Source: Chiloscyllium plagiosum (Eukaryota). Taken from it: DNA of 64,000 nucleotides. A model generated the notes under the pieces. That model was not told the origin of the DNA, made no database searches, and was given only the letters and a program-made list of their open reading frames with translations. The DNA is taken from assembly GCF_004010195.1 (NCBI RefSeq), contig NC_057719.1:41982139-42046138 (forward strand). The letters run 5' to 3'. Positions 25,331 through 38,639 of this stretch are shown piece by piece. Numbering within the stretch: the first letter of the stretch is position 1; every line of letters starts with the position of its first letter. The translations under genes and the position numbers were made by a program.

Positions 25331-27086
25331 ACACAAATATTTTCAAAACATTCTGACCCAGAAATCTGAAATTCTATACTCTGATAATGAATTTTAACGT
25401 TCCCAGCAGGATAATTTATAGAAAGTAATAAAGCAGGGAGGCCTAACTTAATTTATTTCACATGGTTGTCTTTGTTGAGGTTCAAATTCCAGAAATTACC
25501 TTGAAGCACAATTGTTCAAAGAGATGAATTTGCATTTTTCCTGCACAAATGAAGAACTTGCCCATGGCTCTTTGGAAGTGGCAGTAATATGTCTTTTCTC
25601 AGCTAAATGGACATCGACTGTCCCACTTCAACCGTCATTACTTCCAGCTGAATAGGAAAGGGAAACACACAGATTGTGTTATTAAGACAGAAATTAGTCA
25701 TGTTTAATGCAAAAACTTAGCAACAGTTAAAAATTGAAATTTTATTGTGGTCACAAAGATTTTGTGGCTTGATTATTTCAACAAAATAAAGACTTGAAAT
25801 TTAATTCTAGTTCTGTGAAAAGACATAAACCAAGCCATTAAATTGCCAGCATTTTTGTTTAGTCTGTTTTTTTTTGCTGTATGAATGAATTTATGTTGCT
25901 TTTACCAGCTTAGTATGCTTGTTTCTTTGTCATTCTATGGGAAACATCATTGTTAGCATCGTATTTGTATGTATCATCTTATATAAAGGACTTCATGTGC
26001 TGAAGCTAAAAGGAAATCTTTTGAAATCACATTTGACAGAAGACATTCTTCCACTATGGCTTAAGCTACATCTAATTGATCTGCAGTTACAACCACTTTG
26101 TGACAATCTACATTCAAATGGAATGCATTTACACTTTTCTTTTTTCAGTATAGCCCAAGTCTGAAACCTAAATTTTGATAATGAATGTCTAAAATTGAAC
26201 AATAAGAATTAAAGATGGGAAGCAACTCAAGTGTGGAGACACATATTGCAAAGACACCTACAAAGCTCTTTGTGGCTCAGCATGGCCCATTGATGTCCCT
26301 ACACTTCTATAAGAAGGTTTCAGCTATTTAATAGCAGATAGAAAAAATGGAATATTGGTAACGTTTTGATCAAAACTAGCTCCTTTTAGGAGGTACGTGA
26401 TAAACATGACTTTCTTAAGAAGTATTTAAGCATTTAGTTTTTTATTAATATAAATATTTTCAAATTATATCTGTGATTATTTAATGAAAAATAATTTGAC
26501 AGGGAGAAATGTACAAGCTGAATTAATTTTAAATTAGTTCAAAGGCAAAGCCAGTTTCCCTTTCTGATAGAAACTACTTTGCTACCACAATGTGTTCTGT
26601 CCAGAAATCTTATTAAGAATTAATGAATCTCAACCTGCTGCATTCAGTGTGCTGAAGGATATCAGATCATTAATGACCTAATTAGAACTAAGGTATTGAA
26701 ATCGGTACATTGCATAGTGTATATACACGAGAGGCAAGAGGCTGACTCTGATTTGCTGCAGTATTTGGTGTGAACAGCAATGGTTGTGATAACAATAATC
26801 AAATGAGAAGGAACTCTAAACTATCTTGGGCAGTTATGCGCGATCACCATGTAGTTCCTGAATTATGAATGCCAAATTGATGCTCTACTCTTCTTGGAGA
26901 AACTACATGATGTTTGAGAGATGTAGCCTGCAGATTTGAATAGAGGAAATATGTCAGTTGTTCAGAGTCCTGCTTTAATAGTTTTATGAATTAGACAGCA
27001 TGCAGAACTTTCCCTTCAATGGTTAGAATCCATGACAAAGCCATTGTGAAATGTGAAATGTGAAAACATTTTGGAATGTACAGCCT

Positions 27087-27334
27087 GGGCGGCATGGTGG
27101 CACAGCGGTTAGCACTGCTGCCTCATAGCGCCAGAGACCTGGGTTTAATTCCTGTCTCAGGCAACTGTCTGTGTGGAGTTTGCACGTTCTCCCTGTGTTT
27201 GTGTGGGTGTCCTCCGGCTAAATTGCCCATCGTGTTAGGTGTAGGGGAATGGGTCTGGATGGGTTGCTCTTCGGAGGGTCAGTGTGGACTTGTTGGGCCG
27301 TAGGGCCTGTTTCCACACTGTAAGTAATCTAATC
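27087..27334 (+). mobile_element. HE1-like V-SINE with internal deletion
   Basis: gggcggcatggtggcacagcggttagcactgctgcc...gtttccacactgtaagtaatctaatc. Confidence 0.9.
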
Positions 27335-27599
27335 TTTTCTTGTTCAATACTTACATTTATATTCTTGAACCCCAATGTATCTGCTATGACACTCAAGTAG
27401 GCTGCAGCCAACAGAATCTGATTAAGAACCTATATCGTCGACTTGATTTGCTCATCAATTCTTGTTCAATTGATGTCTTTCATTCATGGGATGCTGTCAC
27501 CTGATATTTGATTCACTCACCTTTTCCAAAAAAGGCGAATGAACTTAATATTAGCGACAGTGAAAGGATAGCAATATAACTTCAAGACAAGATAAGTTG

Positions 27600-29525
27600 T
27601 GGTTAAATCTAATGTTAGATCACATGGGATTCAGAGTGAGCTTGCCAGTTGGAGATGAAATTGGCTTAATGGCAGGAGACAGAGAGTAATGATGGGGAGG
27701 GCTGTTTTTTTTGGAATGGAGGCCTGTGACTAGCAATGTCTCACTGGTTCCGTGCTGGATCCACTTTTGTTTGTGATTTATATAAATGATTTAGATGAGA
27801 ATATTGAAGGCAAATTAAGTAAGTTTATGGATGACATCAAAATTGGTGATATAGTGGCCAATAAAGAAGGTTATCTAAGAATATAAAGAGATCTTAATCA
27901 ATTGGGTGAATAGGCTGAAGAATGGCAGATGGAGTTTGATTTGGATAAATGTGAATAAATAAGTGGTATTGCATTTTTGGAAAACAAACAAGGGCAGGAC
28001 TTATACAACTAAAAGTAGGGTCTTGGGTAGTGCCGTCAACCAGTGAGACCTCGGGTTCAATTACATAATTCTTTGAAGTTTGCATCACATATAGATAAGA
28101 TGGTTAAGAAGGCATTTAGCACACTTGCTTTCATTGCTCAGACCTTTCAACATAGGAGTTGAGACGTTATGTTGAAGTTGTACAAGACATTGGTGAGGCC
28201 TCTTCTGGAGTACCACTGATGGAGTTTAATTTAGATAAATTAGAGGTGCTGCATTTTGGTAGGGCAAGTCAGGGCAGGACTTCTACATTTACTGGTAAGG
28301 TTTGGGGTGTATTACCAAACAAAGAGACCTAGGTGTACAGCTTCATCGTTTCCTGAAAGTTGAGTTGCAGGTAGACAGGGTAGTGAAGGCAGCGTTAGGT
28401 ACACTTGCCTCTATTGGTCAGTGCATTGTGTATAGGAGTTGGGAAGTCATGTTGCGGCTGTACAGGACATTGGTGAGGCCATTTTCAGAATACTGCATTC
28501 AATTTTGGTGTGCGTGCTATAGGAAAGATGGCAAACTTGAAAGGGTTCAGAAAAGACTTACAAGGACATTGCCAGAATTGGAGGGTTTGAGCTAAAGGGT
28601 GAGGCTGAATAGGCTGGGGCTATTTTCCCTGGAGTGGCTGAGGTGTATAGAGGTTTGTAAAATCATAAGGGGCATGGATAGAATGAATAGACAAGATCTT
28701 TTTCCCCAGGGTAAAGGAATCCAAAATTAGAGGGCATTGGTTTGGGGTGAGATGGGAAAGATTTGAAATGCACTTCAGGGGCAAAATTTTCACATAGTGG
28801 GTATTGTGTGTCTGGAATGAGCTGCCAGAGGAAGTGGTGGAGGCTGGCACAATTACAATATTTAAAAGGTATCTGGTTGGGTTTATGAATAGGAAGGGTT
28901 TACAAGGATATGGATCAAATGCTAGCAAATGGGGCTAGATTAATTTAGGATATCTGGTCAGCATGCATGAGATGGGCCAAAGGGTCTGTTTCTGAGCTGT
29001 ATACCACTATGATGCTATCACTCTACTGTGTCCAGTTCTAGTCGCCCTGTTATAGGAAAGATGTTATTAAGTTGGTGAAGGCTCAGAAGAAATATTGCTG
29101 GGAATGGAACGTTTGAGTTATGGGGAGAGGCTGGATAGGCTGAAACGTTTTTCACAAGAACACAGGAGGTTGACGGGTGACCTTATAGAGGTTTATAAAA
29201 TCATGAGGGGTGCAGATAAGCTGAATGACAAGCATTTCTTCCCTAAGGTAGGGGATTTCAAGACCAGGAGGCACATTTTTAAGATGAGAGGAGAAGGATG
29301 TAACAAAGACATGGGGACATTTTTTTCAACACAGAACTTCCAGAGGAAGTAATGGATGTGGGTACAATTAAAACATTTAAAAGACATTTTGATAACTACA
29401 TGAATGAGAAATATTTGGAGGGACATGGTCCAAGTGCAGGGAGGTGGGACTAGTTTAGTTTGGGATTATGGTTGACATGGACTGTTTGGACCGACGGGTC
29501 TGTTTGCGCGCTGTATGACTCTATT
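27600..29525 (+). mobile_element. CR1 LINE with a second CR1 nested at ~28214-29023
   Basis: ORFs RLYRTLVRPFSEYCIQFW..LERVQKR and GDLIEVYKIMRG; two separate 3' tails (~29020, ~29525); the outer copy breaks at ctggagTAC (28213) and resumes at TACtgtgtccag (29024). Confidence 0.85.
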
Positions 29526-29529
29526 GGTA

Positions 29530-29900
29530 TGGAAAGTGCTGTCAAAGGAGGCATGGTGACTTGCTGCAGGAAATTTTGTAGATGTTACACACTGCTGCCA
29601 CTGCATATCCGTGGTGGAGAGGCTAAATGTTTAAGGTGGTGGATCAGATGTCAATTAAGTCGGTTGATTTTTCCTGGATGGTGTTGAATTTCTGAAGTGT
29701 TGTTGAAACCTCACCCACCCAGACAAATTAATCTTTTAGGAATCTCATCCTTGTGCCTTGTAGATGGTGGACACACTCTGGAGAGACTGGAAACCAGTTA
29801 CTCATCTCAGAATTCCCAGGTATAGGAGCCCTAACATTTATATGGCTGCTCCAGTTCAATTTCTTATGAATTGTAACCGCAGGATGTTGGTAGTGAGGCA
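29530..29900 (-). mobile_element. Old LINE fragment (same family as 42160-43170)
   Basis: Similar to 42420-42790 (gctgccactg..cggtggtg..cctggatggtgttga..tagatggtggacac). Confidence 0.55.
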
Positions 29901-30496
29901 TTCAACACTGACTGCCTCCACTCTATCTGTAGGAATGACCACAACCTCCCAGTTTTGTTCAATAAACCACCTTGCTCTCAGGCTAACATTTCTGTTCTGG
30001 GCTTGCTGCATACATTCCGACAAAGCACAGTGCACGCTCAAGGAACAATGCCTCATTTTCCTCTTCAGCACTTGATAGCCTTGAGGTCTCAACATTAAAT
30101 TCCATAACTTCAGAAACTGACTACATTATGTCCATTTTACATTCTCTCCCCCAACAAATCTCCAAAAAGACTTGGGGCTTCAGGTGCATGGATCTTAAAA
30201 ACGTCACAAACAGATGCAAAACAAAATCAATACAATGCTAACTGGAATACAAGGATAGAGAAGTTCTATTCTAGTTACATAAAAACCTACTTAGACCCAT
30301 CTTGGAATACTCTGAGCAGCTCTAGGCACCACACCTAAAGAAGGATATATTGGCCCTGAATGTAGAACGATATCAGAACTTCAGGGGTTAAGTTATGAAG
30401 ACAGATTAGACAAATTCAGCCTGTTTTCTCTAGAATTTAGAAGATAAGGGTGATCTGATCAAAGTTTTCAAGATATTAATAAGGAAATATAGGGTA

Positions 30497-30815
30497 GATT
30501 AGATTACCTACAGTGTGGAAACAGGCCCTTCGGCCTAACAAGTCCACACCGACCCTCCGGAGAGCAACCCACGCAGGCCCATTCCTCTACATTCATCCCT
30601 GACTAATGCACCTGACACTACGGGCAATTTAGCATGGCCAATTCACCTAATCTGCACATCTTTGGACTGTAGAAGGAAACCAGAGCACCGGGAGGAAATC
30701 CACGCAGACACAGGGAGATGTGCAAACTCCACACAGACAGCTGCCCAAGGCGGGAATTGAACTTGGGTCTCTGGTGCTGTGAGGCAGCAGTGCTAACTAA
30801 TGAGCCACCATGCTG
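30497..30815 (-). mobile_element. HE1-like V-SINE
   Basis: gattagattacctacagtgtggaaacaggcccttcggc...gaggcagcagtgctaac..agccaccatgc; matches 2749-3063. Confidence 0.9.
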
Positions 30816-31070
30816 CAGAGGAAGAAAGACTTTTCTCACTGGTTAGGGCTTCTAGAACTGGGGCCATAGTTTGAGAATTAGGAGCAGACTGGTACTCAGG
30901 AGAGATGTTAGGAAGCATTTTGATGCACAGAATGTGGTAGATATTTGGAAATCTTTTCCACAAATATTAGTGGATGCTGGATCAGTTGTTAATTTTAAAT
31001 ATGGGGTAGATTTTTTTTGTAAAGCCAAGATATTAAGGGATATAGGTCAAAGCCAAGTATATGGAGGAAG

Positions 31071-31960
31071 TGAGGACTGCAGATGCTGGAGATCAGAGTT
31101 GAATGTGTGGTGCTGGAAAAGCACAGCAGGTCAGGCAGCATCCGAGAAGAGGAGAATTGATGTTTCAGGCAAAAGCCCTTCATCAGGAATGTGGCTTGTG
31201 GGCCGGGGAGCTGAGAGATAAATGGGAGGGGGTGGGGCTGGGGGGAAAGGTAACAGAGTGCGATAGGTAAATGAATGTGGGGTAATGGTGATAGGTCAGA
31301 GAGGAGGGTGGAGTAGATAGGTGGGAAAGACGTTGGACAGGTACAAGTCATGAGGATGGTGCCGAGTTGGATGGTTGGAACTGGGATAAGATGGGAGGAG
31401 GGGAAATGAGAAATATGGTGAAATCCACATTGATGTCATGTGGTTGCAGGATTCCAAGATGGAAGGTGAGGTGTTCTTCCTTCAGACATCGGGTGGCAAG
31501 GGAATGGGCGATGGCGGAGGCCCAGGATCTGCATGTCCTCGGCACAGTGGGATGGGGAGTTGAAGTGTTCGGCCACGGGGTGGTGGGGTTGCTTGGTGTG
31601 GGTGTTCCGGAGATGTTCTCCGAAGCATTTACAAGTAGGCATCCTGTCTCCCCGACATAGAGGAGACTACATCGGGAGTGATGGCTACAGTACATGATGT
31701 GTGGAAGTGCAGGTAAAACTTTGATGGATGTGGAAGGCTCCTTTGGGGCCTTGGATGGAGGTGAGGGAGGAGGTGTGGGTGCAGGTTTTGCAATTCCTGC
31801 AGTGGCAGGGGAAGGTGCTGAGAGGAGAGGGTGGGTTGGTGGGGGTCATGGACCTGACAAGAGAGTCGCGGAGGGAATTGTCTTTACTTAACACAGATAG
31901 TGATGGGGAGGGAAATATATTCCTGGTGGTGGGGTCCATTTGTAGGTGGCAGAAATGGCA
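31071..31960 (-). mobile_element. Penelope-like element 3' part (GIY-YIG endonuclease remnant + terminal repeat with hammerhead motif)
   Basis: Minus ORFs TFPCHCRNCKTC..FHIHQSFTC, YCSHHSRCSLLYVGET, HPVAEHFNSPSH, EEHLTFHLGILQPH; hammerhead-like ctgatga-agggc-tttt-gcct-gaaac at 31162-31186. Confidence 0.88.
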
Positions 31961-33374
31961 TTAATCCACAGAGCAGTCACCTGATTGAATGGCAGAACAA
32001 GCTTGTGGAGTTGAATGGCCTACGCCTAATCCTATATTCCAAACCCCCACTGCCTTTTCTCGTTTGTGTCTTGTTTACTTTGCTTTTTCTTCCTCTATGA
32101 TCCTTGAATGTTCATGTCATCATCTACACCAATCCAATCTCACTTTTCTTCTCAAGATTCACTATTCATAATTTCCAGCAACTTCCTTTGACAATATTTT
32201 GAGAAACTGACTTCAACAGTGGCTTGTAGAAAAGACTTCCACATTCTGATTAAACTTAGCAAAAAGATGATTTTCTCACCTATCATTTCAGTATTTTTTT
32301 GACCGTCTTAAAAATCTCCACCACACCATTACCACCTGGTTGACGAGTGGAAACAATCCGTCACTGCATCCTAATGTAACCTTCCAGAATCATAAAGGCC
32401 TCTTTCATGTTACTTCATAACTATAATCGTTCGCAGTCCAAATGAACATAAATTGTTCACACGATAAATTGTTTTAATATTTTCACAATAGTGTAATGCC
32501 AAAAATTGCACAAAACCTTCCCAGAATAGTTCACCTGCAGTCTTTAATAATTTCTCCATTACAGAGTTGTCTCTAGGTATATCCCTGCAGATACAAAAGG
32601 AAGGAAGTCCACTTGTAAGTTTATAGGTTTTCCTTCTTGAGTTGCTACTTTTAATCTGTGCTTATTTGTGCACCAAGTTCCCTCTGCTTCTCTAACATGT
32701 ATTTCCTTTTCATGTTCTTACTTACAAAATATATGACATGACACTTTTCTATGTCAGATTAGATCTGTCATGTCTTAGCTCATCCAGCTAATTTATCCAC
32801 GTCCAATACACTTCCAATCAGGTACCATTGCTTAACTTCAATCTTAATTTGGAGGCTTTGATACATTTCAAATCCTCTACAGGTAATATTTCCTCAGCTG
32901 TGTAATGATAGGGTTTTCAATCTAAAGATTATGGATATTTTTAATATAAAAATAAAACTCTCTTTTGGAGTACAGACCAGTTGATTGATTACTTCAATCT
33001 TCAAAAAGTGAAACTGTTTCATAATTCACCAGAAGTAAAGATTCAATGAAAGAAAGGTTTAAAATGAAAAAATCACTCTTTGTGCTGCTGTTATGCATTA
33101 ATCTGTAAAAGGAACATCTGTATTTGAAAAAAATATGCTTATGTCACAAAACAAGTATAGATGCTAAGTAATTTTATTTTTCTGAAATTCTATTTATTTT
33201 TCATCATTATTAAATTATTTGTACTGACAGTAACCATTAGGGTGACCAAACAATCAGAAATAAAATAAATCTCCCATGCCAATCATTCTCATCAGCAATT
33301 TAATCTTATTTCACAGTAAGGACACTGTGAATGGATCAACAAGTCAATAAAATTCAACTAAAAATGGCTTCATC

Positions 33375-34947
33375 ACAGAAGATCACAAACTAACAACACG
33401 GATACCTGTCGTTTGTGACAAAGCTTACACGACATAATGGGTTACAAAGTGAAACAGAACAGCATAGAGGACAAAAATACATCCCTCCCTGATCTGTTTA
33501 ATGCTTTTTATGCTTGTTTCAAACAGAAGGTCAGTGAAATGGCATCACCTTCTCTGACAGTCTGGGATGCACCTGTTCCCTCAGTTACTGCTGCAGATGT
33601 CAGATCAGCCTTTTTGAGAGTGAGCCCAAGGAAAGTGACCAGCCCAGATGAAGTCCCCAGCTGTGCACTCAGATCTTGCGCGTACCAGCTGGCGGGAGTA
33701 TTTATCGACATCTTCAACCTCTCCTTATCATGATCTGAAATCCCCACCTGCTTTAAGAAGACCATCATCTTGGTGCCAAAGAATAATCATGCAGCGTGCC
33801 TCATTGACATCAGCTTTAGCCTCCCAGACTGCCTTGTTCCCTTGTAATTTGCCTACCATCACAGCAGGTCCTAGGCAGACACTATATCCCTGGCCACACA
33901 CTCATCCTTAGAATATATGGATAACAAGGATACTTATGTAAGATTCCTGCTTATTGACTACAGCTCTGCCTTCAACACTATAGTTCCAAACTAACTCATC
34001 TCCAAATTCCAAAACCTAGATCTCCGCTCCACCCTCTGCAACTGGATGCTTGATTCCCTGACCTACAGACTGCGATTAGCGAGAGTAAGCAACAACACTT
34101 CCTCCACAACAATCATCACCACCAGTGTCCCACAAGGGTGCATACTCAACCCCTTACTATACTCCCTATACACTCATGACTGTGTCCTAACTCCATCTAC
34201 AAGTTTGCTGTTGCAGGACAGATCTCAAACAATAATGGGACATAATACAGGAAAGAGATAGAGTGCTTGGTGGCATTGTGTAAAGATGGCAATCTCTGCC
34301 TCAACGTCAGCAAAATGAAAGAGCTTGTCATTGACTTCTGGAAGCAAGGTGGAGGGCATGCTCCTGTCTGCATGAAGAGTGCTGAGGTAGAAATGGTCGA
34401 GAGCATCAAGTTCCTAGGAGTGATGGTCCACCCAAGTTGATGCTTTGGTCAAGAAAGCACAAGAGCACCTCTACTTCCTCAGGAGGCTAAGGAAATTCAG
34501 TATATCAATAAAGACTCTTTCCGATTTTATAGATGCATCATAGAAAGCGTTCTATCCGGATGCATCACAGCTTGGCATGGAAACTGCCATGCCCAGGATT
34601 GTAAGAAACTACAAAGAGTTGTGTACACAGCCCAGTCCATCCAGTGACTCCATCTACACTTCCCACTGCCTTGGAAAGGCAGCCAACATCATCAAAGACC
34701 CCTCCCACCCCAATTATAATCTCTTCAACCTCTCCCATCAGGCAAAAGATACAAAACCTTAAACACACAGACCAACAGATTCAAGTACAGCTTCTTCCCC
34801 ACTGTTATCAGACCTCTGAATGGACCTCTCAAATTTTAAATTTAAATGCTGATCTCACTCTTTGTCCATCTCCTCTGCAGTCATAACATTTGCTCTGTTG
34901 TATTACGCAAATACGCTTTGTATGGTATGATCTGCTTATACTGCATG
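33375..34947 (+). mobile_element. Rex1/Babar-like LINE, 5'-truncated and degraded
   Basis: [82 protein letters not shown]-terminal RFKYSFFPTVIRPLN. Confidence 0.85.
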
Positions 34948-34949
34948 CC

Positions 34950-35410
34950 CAGCACCAACCCCTAAAGCACTCCACTAACCACAGGCCTCCAGTCCAACAA
35001 GCATCCTTCCACTATTACCCTCTGCTTCCTATGATCAAGCCAGTTGTGCATCCGATTTGCCAGCTCGCCCTGGATTCCATGGAATCTAACCTTCCATAGC
35101 AGCCTACCAGTGGAACCTTATCAGAGGCCTTACTGAAATCCATATAGCATACGTCTACCACCCTGCCCTGGTCAACCTTCCTGATCCTTTCATCAAAGGA
35201 TTCTAACAAATTTGTAGGACATCATCTCCCACACACCAAGCCATGCTGACCACTCCTAAGCAAACCCTATCTTTCCAACTGCATGTATATCTTATCCCTC
35301 AGAATCTTCTCAAGTAACTTATCCACCACAGATGTTAAGCTTACTGGTCTATAGTTCCCAGGCTTTTGAGTAATGACACAACATTCGTTACCGTCCAGTC
35401 TTCTGGGACC
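34950..35410 (-). mobile_element. CR1 RT fragment
   Basis: Minus ORF VDQGRVVDVCYMDFSKASDKVP (CR1 RT DFSKAFDKVP motif). Confidence 0.85.
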
Positions 35411-36379
35411 TCGCACAGAGTGTTTCACTATCCTTCTCACATTTCACAATACTTCCAAATTTTGTGCATTCTACAAATTTTGAACTTATAGCCTGTGTAC
35501 CCAAGTATTAGTTATTAACATAAATCCAAAAAAGCAGTGATGCTGATACTAACCTCTGCAGAGCCCCACTGCACACTTGCCTCAGTCAACAAAACATTCA
35601 CCATTACTTTGTATTCCTTATCACTCAATAAGCTTTCAATTCATGCAAATATTATCCCTTTTATTTCACATGTTTCAACTTTGCTGGCAAAAGCATACTA
35701 TGTGGCATCTTACCATGGAATGCCACATACACCACATCGACTGCATGACTCATTAACCTGTGTTGTGCATAACTTAATCATGTCAATTAAATATGATATA
35801 CCCCTAATAAATCTGTGCAGGTTTTACTCAATTAGTCTTCATTTCTCCAAGTGATGAACTTATTCTTCACAACAGCCTCAGTCACTGGACCCAAAACATT
35901 CACTTTGCTTACTCTCCACGGATGCTGCCAGACCTGTTGAGTTTCACCAGCAATTTATGTTTTTGCTGCATGATGTGCTACCTGTATTCAAAATAGCAGG
36001 TCTGGGTTAATCATATTTTGTGGTGTTCAGATCTCATCAATTGTTTTGGTCATGATTTTCTGTAATCATGTCAGTTTAACACTAGACTTATGTGATTTAC
36101 ATATCTATGTATGCAAATTGTATTCTTTATAACAAGTTCACCAATTCTGGGAAAAGTGAATTACAATATTTCTATCCAAAATTAACCAAAACGTCAGCTC
36201 TAAGTCAGGGTTACTTCAAAGTGGAGGTCATGTGTGGTTCGGAGCCTAGATTTCCAGGTCATGAGTTCTGAGACAGTCATGGTCAGCTATGAATTCCCAA
36301 TCTCATAGATCCTCTTTCACACTGCCTCTTTTTGCAGCTCTTCTCCCACTTTCTCACAACTCTACCTCCATCTCATGTC

Positions 36380-36535
36380 CTTCAGGGAGGGAAACTGCCA
36401 TCTTTCCTGGTCTGGCCTACATGTTTCAGAGATTCTAGACTCTCAGCAATGTAGTTGAACCTTAACTACCCTCTGGGCAATTAGGGGTGGGCAATAATTG
36501 CTAATATAGCCATTGATTCCCTCATGAATCAATTA
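36380..36535 (+). mobile_element. SacSINE1-like DeuSINE 3' half
   Basis: tgtccttcagggagggaaactgccatctttcctggtctggcctacatg...gggcaattaggggtgggcaataa. Confidence 0.65.
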
Positions 36536-36954
36536 AAAAAAAAGTCTCATTGTTCTCATGAAGGGGTTGTGACAGTCCCCAAGCCTCTAAAGGGAGTAAC
36601 AATGGAACACAGTTAGAAAGTACTGCACACAGTGCAGTGAAGCTAAACACTGTTTCCCTGTTCCCATTGGAATTTCCCATCTGAAATCAGCAGCAAAAAG
36701 CTTGGGTTAAAAAATATTCTTTATCCTGCAGTCCTGTACCACTGCAAATTCCCAAATCACAGATGTGATAGAGAAATGTTGAGCAGATAGAGAGGGAAGG
36801 GAGAAAGGCAATTGTCACCTTACCTAGTTGTCTCTTTGACATTAGCATTGACAAAGAATTCAGGATGAATTTTGCAATTGCCCAACCTCTCATTCCTGGA
36901 TGTTGTGCAATTCAGGGAAGTCAGAATACAGAAAGGGGAGGAAATGACCATCAA

Positions 36955-37615
36955 ATATAAAAATGGAAAATACTGGAAATACTCAGCTGTTCTGGCAACA
37001 CCTGTGAAGAGAGAAACAATGATAAAGTTTCAGGTCTGTGACCTATCAGCAGCACTGGAAAAAGGTGGAGACATCATGGGTTTTAAGCAAGGCCCCTTGA
37101 GACAGATAAAATGGGAAGCAACAAAGGGATAAGAAATCTTCTGTTCAGTCCATAAACAGAACATTGCATTGCTGAATGCCTGTGATTTTAATTCCCTGCC
37201 TCACTTTCACTCTGATCTCTGCCCTCAACCACCTAAACTCAATTAAGCTCAATCCACACTCAAGGAAACACATCAAATCTTTCGATTCAGCAGTTTACAG
37301 CTTTTCAGACTCAGCACTAAGCGCAGTAATTTGACACACCTCTTCCCCCATTTCTTTCAGATGGCAGTTGGTAGTGATTTTCACTTCCTGTGGACACACC
37401 TGCTCCTTATTCAATTAACATCATCTTTTTGCCTTGGACTACCGTTGTATTACACATTTAACCTCACTTGTCTCTCATGCTTACTTAAAACTCGCTTAGT
37501 TAAAACCTGTTACATCTCTGGCTTGTTCAATGCTGACAAAAGATGTTAACTTTCTCTGATGCTGCCACACCTGCTGAGCATATCTAGCATTTTGTGACTT
37601 TATTTCAGGTTTCAT
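36955..37615. mobile_element. Old Penelope-like element with inverted termini
   Basis: 36960-37090 is the reverse complement of 37490-37615 (gatgctgccacacctgctgagcatatctagcatttt); decayed GIY-YIG C-terminal text between them. Confidence 0.55.
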
Positions 37616-38639
37616 GAAATATTTTGTTTTTACATTAAAATTAACTTTTGAACGGGAAAATCCACACGTAGCGAAATAAAGCATATATATATAATGATGA
37701 CCTTTCAGTCGACAATAGTTGGTTTGACTATTGAAACAATTCTGATTGGAAATGTTTTCATGAATAAGCTTTTGTTTTTGGTTGATCTGGAGCTCACTGC
37801 TATTCTTTTGTATGTTCACAAAAAAAGTCATGTTCCATGCAGAGAGTATCAGGGCATTTGATATCATTGTGTAAAAAATGTACTGAAGAAGCAAATCTTC
37901 AGTTATCACTTAAAAGTAGTTTACCAATGCTTCCCATTAATTCATCTTAGTCTGTACATGGTCCAGTTTCAGACGTCAAGTCATTTAAATTGTAACATTC
38001 GTTATCTAGTGCCAGGCATGAGCTGCCTGAGGAGACCTATTTTTTCAGATTACCAGAGTGAAGTGAGGATTGGTGTTCATTCTTCCAAGTAACTACAGTC
38101 CTCACCTGCAAATCATCGGAAACAGGAATGGAATCAGACTTCCAGCGATCAGACATGTCTTGCTAACTAATATAATTATCTTTGAACATTAACAAAACTC
38201 TGGGACTTGTCTTGATCACCTCTGCTAGACATTGTGCTTGACCACAAAGTGCTGATTTATTTATGTTTGCTTTATGTTGATTTCTGAAATTAATGTAAAG
38301 GATTTATATTGTGAGCCATTTCACTTTTTTGGATTTCATATAGCAAACTTTAAACCCTTGGATTCTTATGGCTTTATTCTATTCATAAGGATTTGGAATT
38401 TCCAAACTTAAACTACTTTAAACAACAAGTTACTGGCTCTTAACTGGATGTCATTCAAATTTGGGATATGGTCTGGGATTGTAACAAAATGAGAAAAACT
38501 TCCATGATTTGATTGTTAAAAGATAAATTACAATTCTTGTGGAGACACTGTAAACCTAATTAACCACACTTATCAAATTAGAATTTGCCAACATGATTCT
38601 ACTTTCTGGAAGTGTGTACTTAAGGATTTCAATTGTTAG

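Larger units (their letters stand above)
30165..32040 (+). mobile_element. Old CR1 LINE interrupted by a SINE (30497-30815) and a Penelope-like element (31071-31960)
   Basis: CR1 text (gggtgatctgatcaaagttttcaagata; RRDVRKHF..VVDIWKSFPQ) with 3' tail resuming at ~31961 (gattgaatggcagaacaagcttg..gaatggcctac..tcctat). Confidence 0.7.
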
